NCBI GenBank assembly: GCA_965222375.1
Contig: CBDCTZ010000013.1
Location: 352,001 to 416,000, forward strand
Direction: 5' to 3'
DNA from: Polyangiaceae bacterium
Lineage (GTDB): Bacteria; Myxococcota_A; Polyangia; Polyangiales; Polyangiaceae
Length of the DNA stretch: 64,000 nt
The notes under the pieces were generated by a model, which was not told the origin of the DNA, searched no databases, and saw nothing but the letters and a program-made list of their open reading frames with translations. A program made the translations under genes and the position numbers. Shown here in pieces: positions 1 to 9,917 of this stretch (the first letter of the stretch is position 1; each line of letters begins with the position of its first letter).

Positions 1-955
1 ACGCGCCAACGCTGAAGTACCACGCTTGCTTCCGCCACTCCGCGCGGCCCTCGTTGCGGAGCACCCAGATAGTTCGCGCTACCAACAGGCAGACTAGGAA
101 CATGATGCCCTCGTTCTTCAAGAACGTGGCCAGCCCAGCGAAGAGTCCACTGAGTACGAGGGCACCGCAACGCTCTCGTCGCTGGTCGTAGCAACCAATA
201 CACACCACGGTCGCCAAGAAGTAGAAGGCCAGGGGATTGTCCGCGTACTGCTCCGTGCCGTGAAAAACGAAGTACGGAGTGCAGCAGAGCACGAGCGCCG
301 CAAGCAGGCCCTGGGTACGCCCCCGCAGGCTGCTGACGCCAAAGTACAAGGTGGCGACAGCTGCGAAAGTGAACACGAAACCGAGTGCCATCGGCACCAA
401 TGGCAGTTCGTCGTTGAGGAGTCGAAACCCGCGCGCGACCATGGACGGCATGAGTGCTGGATACTCAGGGTGCGTCCAGCTAATGATCTGGGAGAAGCTG
501 TCAGCCCAAGCCACACCGCCACGATGAAAGAACCGTGCGCGCATGTTCCAGAAGTCCCAAGCGTCCCAGCCACCGTGCGGCGTCTGCCTGGCCTGCGCGA
601 TGAAGGCGACCACAGCAGCCACAATCAACGGGCATGAGCCCACAACAACCAATCGAGCCGCCGGTGTCGGTGCTTCTCGCCAAACACGATGCAGCCGCCA
701 ACGCTTCCGTCGAGCGGTCAAGTAGACCATCACCAGACACAACCCGATTTCCCAAGTCACGACGATGGTGTCGACAAGGACCAGCGAAGCGAACGCAAGT
801 AGTCCGCTTAGGCCCAGCCCCAAACCCAAACCCATGGGCAGCATGCCCAGCGCTGTTTCCGTCGGCCCTGCCTTGCCCAGACCGTGCCGGAGGATCAACA
901 ACCCCGTGATGGTCGGCACGAAGAGCAACAACAGCAGCTGAAGGACGGCGCTCAT
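1..955 (-). CDS. GT-C-fold (ArnT/PMT-like) polytopic membrane glycosyltransferase, 3'-truncated by the window edge
   Basis: Not in the ORF track; translated manually from ATG at 955 (ATGA overlap with the upstream gene): MSAVLQLLLL...HGGWDAWDFWNMRARF...HPEYP...QYADNPLAF...FLKNEGIMF. Multiple TM helices; frame is open to the window edge. Confidence 0.7.
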   Translation of the reverse strand, partial: MSAVLQLLLLLFVPTITGLLILRHGLGKAGPTETALGMLPMGLGLGLGLSGLLAFASLVLVDTIVVTWEIGLCLVMVYLTARRKRWRLHRVWREAPTPAARLVVVGSCPLIVAAVVAFIAQARQTPHGGWDAWDFWNMRARFFHRGGVAWADSFSQIISWTHPEYPALMPSMVARGFRLLNDELPLVPMALGFVFTFAAVATLYFGVSSLRGRTQGLLAALVLCCTPYFVFHGTEQYADNPLAFYFLATVVCIGCYDQRRERCGALVLSGLFAGLATFLKNEGIMFLVCLLVARTIWVLRNEGRAEWRKQAWYFSVGA

Positions 956-1422
956 CGCACTCGACCCGCGATCATCAGCCCGTCCCCCAAGTCCATCAAT
1001 ACTCCGTACTCGGGATTGTCCCTGAGCCAGGTCGGCGCCAGGGGTTCGCGGCGGTCGACGATGACCAGCGATGGCTTGGCCGGAACCACAAAGTCGGTCC
1101 GGCGCGCGGCCATGCGGTTGTCGTCCTCCCATACGTGGGTGACGAGTACTGGCGCCAAGACATATTGCGCGATGAACTTTGCGTTGCAGCCATCCTCGGT
1201 GTCCTCCGGCCCCATGTAGCCGACAACTCCGCGTGGCGGGAGGTGCTCCCGCAGAGGCTCATAGCGCCGCACCAAGCGTTCGGGGCAGCTTTCATGGGGT
1301 TCGAGCTGCGCCAGCCCCTCCAGGTTTCGTCGAGTAGTGATCGCTGCGAGAATGAAGAGCGCTACTACGGCGCCCACGCGCAGCGCAGCGCGCCCACGCG
1401 ACCACGAGCTAGACTCCGACAC
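952..1422 (-). CDS. Small membrane-anchored hypothetical protein coupled to the GT-C gene
   Basis: N-terminal TM helix, AQYVLAP motif; stop overlaps the GT-C start. Confidence 0.65.
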   Translation of the reverse strand: MSESSSWSRGRAALRVGAVVALFILAAITTRRNLEGLAQLEPHESCPERLVRRYEPLREHLPPRGVVGYMGPEDTEDGCNAKFIAQYVLAPVLVTHVWEDDNRMAARRTDFVVPAKPSLVIVDRREPLAPTWLRDNPEYGVLMDLGDGLMIAGRVR

Positions 1423-1495
1423 CAGCCCGACCGTAGCACTGCAAAACTCGACGCGACAGGGTCACGGGAACTGGCACAATCCATGGTAATTTGGC

Positions 1496-2560
1496 TTGGT
1501 GTTTCGCACACACAACGTAGCCTACGCCGCGGCAGCTCTTTGTCTCTGCTCGTGCAGTTCGCCTGACCACGAGAAGGGTTCGATCGAAGAACAAGCCTCG
1601 GCCACGTTTGGTTTGCCGGTGGCGCAGGTCGAGAGCCTGGTGCGCAAGCCACGCTTCGAACGGTGCTACGGAAAGCGGGCACTCGTCGTGCCGCCGCGTG
1701 GCTCCATCGAAATCCCAGTGCGCCGAGGCTCTCACACGCTCTCCGGTGAGTTCTCCATTTGCGACGCAATTGGTGCTGAGCCTGTCGAATTCCGTGTTGA
1801 GTTGCTGGCCACTCCCACGCGAGTTCTCTTGGGTCAGCCCGCTGCGGTTCCCGAGCTTGCTCCGCGCCTCCGATATCCGTTTCTGGTTACCTTCTGGGTC
1901 GAGACCGATGCCCCACTCTTGCTCCAGACCGTGGGCAAGTCACCTGACGTCAGAACCGGGTGGATCGATTTGGCGCTGACGAGCATCGTGCGTCCGCACA
2001 CGATCGCCGACCGCTCACCGACTGCCCGCCCAAAACCAAGAGACGACACGCTCCCGGATCACGCGATCCGCCCGGGCATGCGCAGGCGCAATGCCACAGC
2101 CGAGCCGAGCCTCAACGGCGGCATTTGGCTCTCGGATTGGGGCTGGAACGCCAGCTCCTCCAGCTGGGGCCCGATCGAAATCGATCAATCGAACGGAGCA
2201 GAAAACGCCGGTGACGGCACACGCCTCTCGATCAACGGTCGCGTGTACGGGAAGGGAGTGGGTATGCACCCTCCCGGTCGCATCGTCGTCGACCTTTACC
2301 GACGCTGCCGCAAATTCACGGCGGAAGTTGGCGTGGATGACGCCGTTGGAGACGCGGGTTCGGTACGCTTTTTCGTGTACGCCGACGGCGAACCTCTCTT
2401 CGACAGCAAATTGCTCACGGGTAGAGACGACCCGGTCCGTGTGGACGTGCCCCTGCTCGGTCGCAGCAGCATGGTGCTGATGGTGGGCAATGGGGACGAC
2501 GGCCCGGACAACGACTGGGCGAACTGGGCGGAGGCGCGGCTCTTCTGCGATCCGCTGTGA
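1496..2560 (+). CDS. Lipoprotein with C-terminal NPCBM/NEW2 carbohydrate-binding domain
   Basis: Lipobox-like LCSC; WLSD..W....WGPIEIDQSNG...YGKGVGMH...FTAEVGVDD...GSVRFFVYADG...DWANWAEARL. Confidence 0.85.
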   Translation: MVFRTHNVAYAAAALCLCSCSSPDHEKGSIEEQASATFGLPVAQVESLVRKPRFERCYGKRALVVPPRGSIEIPVRRGSHTLSGEFSICDAIGAEPVEFRVELLATPTRVLLGQPAAVPELAPRLRYPFLVTFWVETDAPLLLQTVGKSPDVRTGWIDLALTSIVRPHTIADRSPTARPKPRDDTLPDHAIRPGMRRRNATAEPSLNGGIWLSDWGWNASSSSWGPIEIDQSNGAENAGDGTRLSINGRVYGKGVGMHPPGRIVVDLYRRCRKFTAEVGVDDAVGDAGSVRFFVYADGEPLFDSKLLTGRDDPVRVDVPLLGRSSMVLMVGNGDDGPDNDWANWAEARLFCDPL

Positions 2561-3519
2561 TTGCCGAGGAAGTTCCCCCGGAGGCGAGGGCCCACCGCGG
2601 GCTCTCCCTCCTGTTCAAGTTGGGGGTCAGTGTCGCAGCGCTCCTGCTCATCGCGGTCCGGGTGGATGTCGCGGGCGCCATCACTCGGCTGGCTGAGGCA
2701 AAACTGGCTCTGCTCAGCGCTGCTTTTCTGGTACTGATACTGCAGTGGCCAACGACAGCCACGCGTTTTTGGCTCGTGACTCATCAAGCGGGCGCACGTC
2801 TGAGTTTTGGTCGTGCCCTGAGCGTGCAGCTGGCTAGCTTGCTCATGAATCAGGCGGTGCCAACGGCAGGCGGCGATGCTTGGCGTACCCTCGCACTCCA
2901 ACGCAGCGGCCTACCTCTGCGCGCGGGCATTGGTGTAGCCGTCGTTGACCGCTACTTCGCGCTGCTGGGGCTGTCCACGATTGTGCTTCTGGGGCAGCCG
3001 TGGTTCTCAGACTTGGCGGCCGGCTCGTCGCTGGCGACGGCAACCAGCGTGGGACTGGTACTCGTCTCGCTCGCGCTCGGGGCGGTGGCGGTCATCGACA
3101 AGTGGCTACCCCGCTCCAAGGTACGCGTCGTGCAAGCCGTGGCCGAGTTTGGGCCGCTAGTGCGGCAAACGCTGGCCAAGCCTTCGACCGGCGTGCCCGG
3201 CCTCGCTTGCTCCGTAGTTGCGCACCTCATTACCGTCGTTACCGTGTTCTTGTTGGCCCGAGCCCTTGGCGTCGATCTGAGTCTGGGCAGTTGCGCGCTG
3301 TTGGTGCCACCGGTCGTTCTGTTGTCCGCGCTCCCCATCTCCTTGGCAGGCTGGGGGGTTCGAGAAGGCAGCAGCATCGCGATGTTCGCTCTGGCAGGGA
3401 TCGACGCGCAAAGCGCCGTTGCAGTCTCGATATTGCTTGGACTATCCCAACTGGCCGTGAGCCTTCCAGGAGTGGGCGCCGTGCTGCTCGAGCAGCGGCG
3501 TTCTGCTACCTCGCCATGA
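2557..3519 (+). CDS. Lysylphosphatidylglycerol synthase TM / flippase-like (YbhN/UPF0104) membrane protein
   Basis: Polytopic; NQAVPTAGGDAWR, DR, LPISLAGWGVREG motifs; GTGA overlap with the upstream gene. Confidence 0.85.
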   Translation: MIAEEVPPEARAHRGLSLLFKLGVSVAALLLIAVRVDVAGAITRLAEAKLALLSAAFLVLILQWPTTATRFWLVTHQAGARLSFGRALSVQLASLLMNQAVPTAGGDAWRTLALQRSGLPLRAGIGVAVVDRYFALLGLSTIVLLGQPWFSDLAAGSSLATATSVGLVLVSLALGAVAVIDKWLPRSKVRVVQAVAEFGPLVRQTLAKPSTGVPGLACSVVAHLITVVTVFLLARALGVDLSLGSCALLVPPVVLLSALPISLAGWGVREGSSIAMFALAGIDAQSAVAVSILLGLSQLAVSLPGVGAVLLEQRRSATSP

Positions 3520-4190
3520 CGTCCCAGCGAGCCGCAGGCATCGGCATACTCTGCCTCAACCTCGGGTTCGTCGCGCTTTCGTGCGTCGCGATGACGCTGT
3601 ATCCGGGCGGAACCTGGCTAGAGCCTGCCCGAGCGGGCCACGCCTTCTGGGCGAACTTCCTGTGCGACTTGCTTCACACCCAAGCCTTGAGCGGTGCTGA
3701 CAATAGCAGTGGCGCTCTCTTCGCTCGCCTCGCCATGTTGGCGGAGGCCGGCGCTCTCGTGCTGATGTGGTGGGCGGCGCCGTTCTTGTTTCCGAGGCGC
3801 AGCAATCTCGGGAAGGGGATCCGCATCTTGGGCGTCCTGAGCACGCTAGGCACGCTGGCCGTCGTGTTATTGCCGTCAGATCGCTTTGGCGCTCTGCATG
3901 GCGTCATGGTCCTACTTGCAAGCGTGCCCGGGTTTGGAGCCGCCGTGCTCACCGTCAGCGCGCTACTCGAGTCCGAAACGCATCGGGTGGGTGGCGCGTT
4001 TGGCGCCCTCGCGTTGCTGACCAGCCTGGTGAGCTTCGTCCTCTACGCGCGCACGCAGTTCTTCGGCGCTGCACTCACTGTGAGCGTGCCCGCATCACAA
4101 CGCATTGCGACCTTCGCCGTCGTGGCGTTCTGCGTCGCCGTGGCCCTGCGGCTGCTTTCGCCCATGCGCGCGAAGCTCGACGCGGACTGA
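3516..4190 (+). CDS. Integral membrane protein (DUF998-like)
   Basis: ATG 3516 overlaps the upstream stop; AMTLYPGGTW...FWANFLCDL followed by about 5 more TM segments. Confidence 0.65.
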   Translation: MTSQRAAGIGILCLNLGFVALSCVAMTLYPGGTWLEPARAGHAFWANFLCDLLHTQALSGADNSSGALFARLAMLAEAGALVLMWWAAPFLFPRRSNLGKGIRILGVLSTLGTLAVVLLPSDRFGALHGVMVLLASVPGFGAAVLTVSALLESETHRVGGAFGALALLTSLVSFVLYARTQFFGAALTVSVPASQRIATFAVVAFCVAVALRLLSPMRAKLDAD

Positions 4191-4198
4191 CGTTTGCC

Positions 4199-4615
4199 TC
4201 AGCGCTCCTTGCTGGGCGCAGGCACCTTTTTGAAACCCGCTTCCTTGGCGGGCGCGGGCGGCGGCCGACCGCCAAGCTCCTTGGTCGGCGCAGGGACCTT
4301 GTACCCACCTTCCTTGGTGGGCGCCGTGAACTTGCCTCCGCCCTCTTTCGTCGGTGCCGCAAATTGGCGGCTAGTGCCAGCCTTGCGCGGGGTTGCCGAG
4401 ACTTGGCCGCGCTCCGATCCATGGTCCTCACCGGTTCGGTCGAAGCCCCCGGGCTCCTCATCGGTCGCGGCCGGCTGAGCCGCAGCGGGTTGCGTCGCTC
4501 CAGGTTTTTCGGGTGAGACCTTTGCTGCGAATTGGGCAGGCAGGTCACAGCCCGTCGCCAGTACCGCACCCAGGGCTAGGGTGGCTGCTTTGAACTTGTC
4601 TCGATCGATCTTCAT
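4199..4615 (-). CDS. Small lipoprotein with five AP(T/A/S)KE repeats
   Basis: MKIDRDKF...VLATGC signal; GAGG RBS; repeats in the C-terminal half. Confidence 0.7.
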   Translation of the reverse strand: MKIDRDKFKAATLALGAVLATGCDLPAQFAAKVSPEKPGATQPAAAQPAATDEEPGGFDRTGEDHGSERGQVSATPRKAGTSRQFAAPTKEGGGKFTAPTKEGGYKVPAPTKELGGRPPPAPAKEAGFKKVPAPSKER

Positions 4616-4775
4616 CCCCAGCTCCTCGGGCGCATGAGGTTCGACGCCCGACTGTCATGATACGCCCAGGTTCGCCGATCCTTCCTTGCGACGAGAATTC
4701 AGCCGAATTTCCCTAGGTCAGCCAGGCCGTCTTCAAGTGCCCAGCCGCCACTGGCCCCGCCGCAAATAGACGTTC

Positions 4776-5111
4776 GTGAAAGTCCGCCAGGGAGCCTCAA
4801 CCGGTCCTCCGACTCAGTCCCGGCCACCGGGGCTGCCCGCCAACGCGGTGCGCTTCAACCCATTTGGCCCCGACGGAGACGAGTTCTTCGACCGCCACTA
4901 CTCACCACAGCACGAGAAGGACAACAGCACCGGGCAAGCCCTTGCGGTAGTGGGCGGGCTCGCAACCGCCGCGGGCGTGACGTTTCTGACCCTAACACTC
5001 GCGCGGAGTATCGGTCGAAAGCCCGAACGCCAGCCGCCGGCCCCCACTCTGTCGTTGAGTGCGGGCGCAATCCGCTCGGGCCTCGGCATGGGCCTGACGG
5101 GCGCGTTTTGA
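4776..5111 (+). CDS. Hypothetical protein; resembles the C-terminal end of a myxobacterial exported (PEGA-type) protein, possibly a remnant
   Basis: Hydrophobic segment followed by a beta-strand-like terminus GMGLTGAF; no signal peptide. Confidence 0.4.
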   Translation: MKVRQGASTGPPTQSRPPGLPANAVRFNPFGPDGDEFFDRHYSPQHEKDNSTGQALAVVGGLATAAGVTFLTLTLARSIGRKPERQPPAPTLSLSAGAIRSGLGMGLTGAF

Positions 5112-5135
5112 CCTCGCGCCCAGCCGGGCACCGGC

Positions 5136-7700
5136 CTACTGAGCCGAGTTCAGCACGTTCTTCAGCAGCACGAACTCATCACCGGCATCGGTCTTGTCCG
5201 GTTCGAACCAATACACTGCGTCGCCTCCGAAGAAGAATTGGACGGGCTTGGTCCCCCGCGCCACAGGCTGGACCTCCTTGCGAGGGATCTCCGCCGAAAG
5301 CGGCGCGCGCCATAGATCCCGGGCACCTTCAGTCCAGTAGAGCCATTGTCCGTGTATGGCGACGTCACGCACCAAACGGCGCCGAGAGATCCAGCGCTTC
5401 ATCTTCCCGCTCTCGAGGTCGAGCTTCACGATGCGCACGCCCTGCGCGAAGTACGCATCCTCAGCGTCAATCGACAGCGCACTGGGACATGGCACTGAGT
5501 AGCGCTTCTCTGTGCAGCCGCCATCGGGGCAGACGTAGGACGTGAGGGGCCTGCCCTTGGTGCAACACAGCTGGCGGTCAGCGTTGCCCGCGTAGGCAAC
5601 CGGCTTTGCGGCACACTGCGTCTGACGCCCCTCCCCGTCGAGCAAGGTCTTGTCGAAGCGCACGGTGGTCATCCCTTTCGCTCCCGAAGCGAAAGAAAGA
5701 AACGAGCGGTCCGCCGACACCACGAGGCTGCTCGGAGCAGGCAAGGGGCCCGCCAGGCGCTTGGGGCGGGGCTTGTCTTCTCGCGCCAGGGCGTAAACCA
5801 TCGCTGGCTTTTCTTGTGCCCAGACCACGACGTCTTTCGACAGCACGAGCCCCGTCAGCGATGCGTGGGTGCGCCAAAGCAGCTTTGGTTCCGCCCCAGG
5901 GGCCAGTAGCGTGATCTGCCGGCCCGCCTTGTCCCAGACGGCCAGGTCCGTCCCGCTCGCTGCAACGCGCCCGTCTTTTGAGAATTGCCCGAGCCGCTCC
6001 GGCTCGCACAAGCCAGCGCTGCAGCCCCGCTTGTCACAGCTCACTCCACAGGCGCCACAATTCTTGGGGTCCTTCGCAAGCTCGGCCTCACAGCCCGTGC
6101 CTGCATCCTGGTCACAGTCCGAACGCCCCCTCTTGCACGTCAGCAGACAGGTTCCAGCGTCGCAGGCCACCTTGCGCGCACCTTCGTCGCTACAGCGCAT
6201 CTTGCAGTCGCCGCAGTGCTGAGTATCGGCGCTGATATCTGTTTCACAACCGTCCGCAAACTCGCCATTGCAATCGCGTCGCGTCTTGTCCTGACATTTG
6301 CGCACTACGCATTGTCCCTCCTGACACGCGCCCTCGATGGCCACGCTAGAGCAGACCGTGCCGCAGGCACCGCAATGCAGAGCGCTCTCGTTCAGGTTCA
6401 CCTCGCAGCCGTCTTCAGACAGCTGGTTGCAGTCCGCGAAGCCTGGCCCGCACTCGGGTTTGGACTGCCAGCTCACACCCAGGAAGGCGGCAACCCCGAG
6501 CCCAATAGCCCCAAGTGTGCCCACAACCACGATCAAAATCGGTAGGACGCGGCGCCGGGGACGCGGCGGTGGGGGCTCCGAAAACTCCGGACTGCGGTCA
6601 GCGCCCGCGGGTTGCGGAGCTGGCGGAACCGCCGGTTGTGGCTCCAGCTCGGCGATGTCGTCATCGGTCAGCTCCAGTGGCTGCCCTTCCAATCGTGACG
6701 CTCGGGAGCTCGGGGGCGGCGGCGGGCCGGGGTGCGCCGGCGGAGGTCGAATGCTGGGCGCGGCCCCGATGGCGGCGGCTTTCAGTTCGTTCCACCAGTC
6801 CAGCAGCCCCTCGGGGCGATCTTTGGGCTCGACAGCGAGTGCACTGGCGAAAAGCGCATCCACGTCTGGCTCGAGGGTGGCGCCACGACGGTTCGGCGTA
6901 GGCCGCTTGTTTTCATCCAGCGTGGCCTCGTAGAGGGCGCGGGGCGAATCGCCGGACAGAGGCGGCTCGAGGGTCAGCGCGTGCACCAAGGTCAGCGCAA
7001 AGGTGTACAGATCCGTCTTTGGCGAGGGTTCGCCGAAACGCTGCCGGTCAAAGTGCTCCGGCGCGGAAAAATCCGGACTGCCCGCCATCAAGGTGTCTGA
7101 CGACTCTTGGATCACGAGGCCGGAGACGCTCTGCTCAGCCTCTTTGGCAAAACCAAAATCGATCAACATCGCCCGAGACATGCCGCCGTCAGGCGCATCC
7201 ACCAGGAAGATGTTCCGCGAGTTGACGTCGCGATGCACGAGGCCTTGGGCGTGCACTGCATCTAGCGCGAGAGCGATCGGGTCGAGCAGCTGCAGCACTT
7301 CCTCGATGCTGTAGGGCTCGACGCGCTCCAGTCGTTCATCGATGGCCCTGGAGAGTTCTTGGCCGTCCAACCAGTCGACGACAATGTAGGATCGCTCTTG
7401 CCCGTCAACGGGACACGCCACCTTGCCGTGATGGTGAGCGCGCAGTACGAATTCGGAACGAAGCTGTCCGAGGATCTGAGCCTCACGCAGGAAGCACTCT
7501 TCGAGGGTGCCCCGGGCGTGCTCGGGCACCACCTCAGGCATCAACACCTTCAGCGCGACCGGAAAATGTAACGATTCGTGCTCAGCCCGGTAGATGGCCG
7601 CGAACCCGCCCATGGATGCGCAGTTCAAGATCGCGTACGGCCCGACCTGAGTGCCAGCGAGCTGCAATGGATCGTCCACTTGGGTCGGTTCGGTGCTCAT
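5136..7700 (-). CDS. Transmembrane Ser/Thr kinase with Stig1-like Cys-rich repeats and a beta-propeller-like extracellular domain
   Basis: VALK, HRDVNSRN, DFG, APE; Pro-rich linker; TM VLPILIVVVGTLGAIGLGVAAFLGV; three D..(H/N)CG.CG..C-type repeats; repeated LYWT/VYWF strands. Confidence 0.88.
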   Translation of the reverse strand: MSTEPTQVDDPLQLAGTQVGPYAILNCASMGGFAAIYRAEHESLHFPVALKVLMPEVVPEHARGTLEECFLREAQILGQLRSEFVLRAHHHGKVACPVDGQERSYIVVDWLDGQELSRAIDERLERVEPYSIEEVLQLLDPIALALDAVHAQGLVHRDVNSRNIFLVDAPDGGMSRAMLIDFGFAKEAEQSVSGLVIQESSDTLMAGSPDFSAPEHFDRQRFGEPSPKTDLYTFALTLVHALTLEPPLSGDSPRALYEATLDENKRPTPNRRGATLEPDVDALFASALAVEPKDRPEGLLDWWNELKAAAIGAAPSIRPPPAHPGPPPPPSSRASRLEGQPLELTDDDIAELEPQPAVPPAPQPAGADRSPEFSEPPPPRPRRRVLPILIVVVGTLGAIGLGVAAFLGVSWQSKPECGPGFADCNQLSEDGCEVNLNESALHCGACGTVCSSVAIEGACQEGQCVVRKCQDKTRRDCNGEFADGCETDISADTQHCGDCKMRCSDEGARKVACDAGTCLLTCKRGRSDCDQDAGTGCEAELAKDPKNCGACGVSCDKRGCSAGLCEPERLGQFSKDGRVAASGTDLAVWDKAGRQITLLAPGAEPKLLWRTHASLTGLVLSKDVVVWAQEKPAMVYALAREDKPRPKRLAGPLPAPSSLVVSADRSFLSFASGAKGMTTVRFDKTLLDGEGRQTQCAAKPVAYAGNADRQLCCTKGRPLTSYVCPDGGCTEKRYSVPCPSALSIDAEDAYFAQGVRIVKLDLESGKMKRWISRRRLVRDVAIHGQWLYWTEGARDLWRAPLSAEIPRKEVQPVARGTKPVQFFFGGDAVYWFEPDKTDAGDEFVLLKNVLNSAQ

Positions 7701-8000
7701 GGCTGCGCCCGGATATCTCAGCCCGCGACGGAACGGACGTCAAAGGGTGGGCACTAGGGCGTGCAAAGCGCGCAGCACCGGCCGTTCTCAGCCGCCAAGG
7801 CCCGTGCCACGGCAAGCAGTCCTGGAGCGACGCAAAACACCTTGCATCCGTTCGCGCCGAGCACGGCTGCGTCAATAGCTAGCCAGTACTGCACCGCCCA
7901 GGAGCGCGGAACGAAACTCGAGGAAACGCGTCAGATCGTGCCCGGCGCGCCCGGCGAGCAGCTTCCCATACGCCCCAGGGTTGGGCGCGCCCGGCAAGGT

Positions 8001-9917
8001 TCAAGCCTTGCGGCCCGCGCGCTCCCAAGCAGCGGCCTGCTTCGCCGCGGAGAGCAAGCCCCGGTAGTACTCGTGGCCGTCAATGGTCTCGCCGTGGGCA
8101 ATGACGATGAGCTGTCGTTTCGCGCGAGTGATGGCAACGTTGGTGCGTCGGACATCCCGCAAGAAACCAAGCTCACCTTTGGCGTTGCTACGGACCAAGT
8201 CCACGACGACGACTTCTTTCTCACGGCCTTGAAAACCGTCGACAGTTCCAATCTCCATGCCTCTAGAGATCAGCTCCGACAGCTGCTTTTGCAGGCGCCA
8301 GACCTGAGCGGAGTAGGGACAGATTGCCGCGATGTCGCTCGCCTTGACCCCGGCGTCGATCAGCCGGTCGATCTCCTGAATGACGAGTTCGAGATGCGAC
8401 AGGTTGTAGTAGCTGCGGCCGATGTCATCGAATTCCTCGCCGTGACCCAAAGGGCTGGTGTCCACGAGGATGAATGGCTGGCCATCTCGGGGGCTCAAAG
8501 TGGCCTCAGGCAAGAGATCCGCCAGCCTGTTGTCTTGGCAGACTCGTGCAGCTTCGAGCCTGCCTCCGTAGTGTGCCTCGGAAGGATACTGCATGAGTTC
8601 GATCGACATGCGGTACTGCGTTGAAAGCAGCGCCGTGGCTTTGGGCGGCCAACGCTGAGCGCAACGTTCAAAAAGGGTCGATGACAGCCCGACGTTGACG
8701 TCTGGATCTTGGGAGACGACCGTGGGCGGAAGCTGCCGATGATCCCCGGCGAGCACCAAAACCGCTCCGCGCTCGAGGGCTGCCAGTGCCACAGGATCCG
8801 GTGCTTGCGTCGCCTCGTCCAGCACCACCATGTCGAACTTCTCGTCGCCTAGAGGCACCGCGTCCACACCGCCAGCCGTTGCGCAAACGACGCGGGAGCG
8901 GCGCATCACCTTGGCCCGTGCGGCATTGCGCAACGCGTGCGCCTCTCGCCGCAGCTCTCCGATCCGCTTCCGGGGGTCGGCAACCCGTCGTCCCTTTCCG
9001 TCCGCGATGCGGTGAGCAGCATCAAAGTTCGCTTGAGCTTCCAGCGTTTCTGGCAGGTCCGCAACCTTGTACTGCAAGGTGCACTGCTCCAAGTCGGGAG
9101 CCACTTTGCCCGCCGCACCGAGTCGCAACACTTTCACGCCCACTTCGGCCAGGCGTCGCGCGAGGTTGTCGACGGCTACATTGCTGGCAGCCGTGACCAA
9201 GATGCGCCGACTGAGCAGCAGCCCCTGTCGCACGACCTCCACCAGCGTGCGTGTCTTGCCGGTGCCTGGCGGCCCGTGAATGAGGATCGCATCGGAAGCG
9301 GACACAGCTCGCTGAACCGCGACCCGTTGACTGTGGTTGAGCCCCTCGTCTCGAAACGTGAGCTCCGAGACTTCCTCGAACCGCGGCTGAGCGTTTCCAA
9401 ACAACAACCTGCCAACGTGGTTCAAATTTGAGTCGTTCGTGAGCGCACGAAGAAGAGCTTGCTTTCCTCGTTGAAAGGTCGCTTCCGACTCTTCGTGCTC
9501 GAAATCGAGCACGCCACATTCGATAAAGGGATCGTAATCCTTCGGGACGCGCAGCAGCACTTGGTCCCCTGTTACGCGCACAACCATACCCCGCTGGTAC
9601 TGCGTTGGCGATGCCCCCAAGTCCTCAGCTTCCCCCGTAGGCCACAGGAGCGCGGGGTACCCACTGCGCACCCGGTGCTCAGGCAAGGCCTTGCGGTCCT
9701 TGCGCCCGAACCACAGCAGTGGCTCCGACGTTGGCTTCTGCTCACGCCGAATAAAGGCCAGCCCCGTGAGGGCTTTGCCGCCGGCCAGGCGCTCGTTCCA
9801 AGGCCGCTTGCAGCGCTCGGCAAGCTGGCTTGCACGAACCGCGTCGAGTTCGACGCGCCACCAACGCAGCAGATCTCGCAAATAGTCCGAGTCGGTCCCT
9901 GCGCCCTTCGCCGTCAC
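8001..9917 (-). CDS. Superfamily 1 helicase, DNA2/NAM7/IGHMBP2 (UPF1-like) type
   Basis: GPPGTGKT, SNVAVD, DEATQ, GDHRQLPP, QYRM, TVDGFQGREKE, RRTNVAITRAK. Start placed at GTG 9917, overlapping the upstream stop. Confidence 0.92.
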   Translation of the reverse strand: MTAKGAGTDSDYLRDLLRWWRVELDAVRASQLAERCKRPWNERLAGGKALTGLAFIRREQKPTSEPLLWFGRKDRKALPEHRVRSGYPALLWPTGEAEDLGASPTQYQRGMVVRVTGDQVLLRVPKDYDPFIECGVLDFEHEESEATFQRGKQALLRALTNDSNLNHVGRLLFGNAQPRFEEVSELTFRDEGLNHSQRVAVQRAVSASDAILIHGPPGTGKTRTLVEVVRQGLLLSRRILVTAASNVAVDNLARRLAEVGVKVLRLGAAGKVAPDLEQCTLQYKVADLPETLEAQANFDAAHRIADGKGRRVADPRKRIGELRREAHALRNAARAKVMRRSRVVCATAGGVDAVPLGDEKFDMVVLDEATQAPDPVALAALERGAVLVLAGDHRQLPPTVVSQDPDVNVGLSSTLFERCAQRWPPKATALLSTQYRMSIELMQYPSEAHYGGRLEAARVCQDNRLADLLPEATLSPRDGQPFILVDTSPLGHGEEFDDIGRSYYNLSHLELVIQEIDRLIDAGVKASDIAAICPYSAQVWRLQKQLSELISRGMEIGTVDGFQGREKEVVVVDLVRSNAKGELGFLRDVRRTNVAITRAKRQLIVIAHGETIDGHEYYRGLLSAAKQAAAWERAGRKA

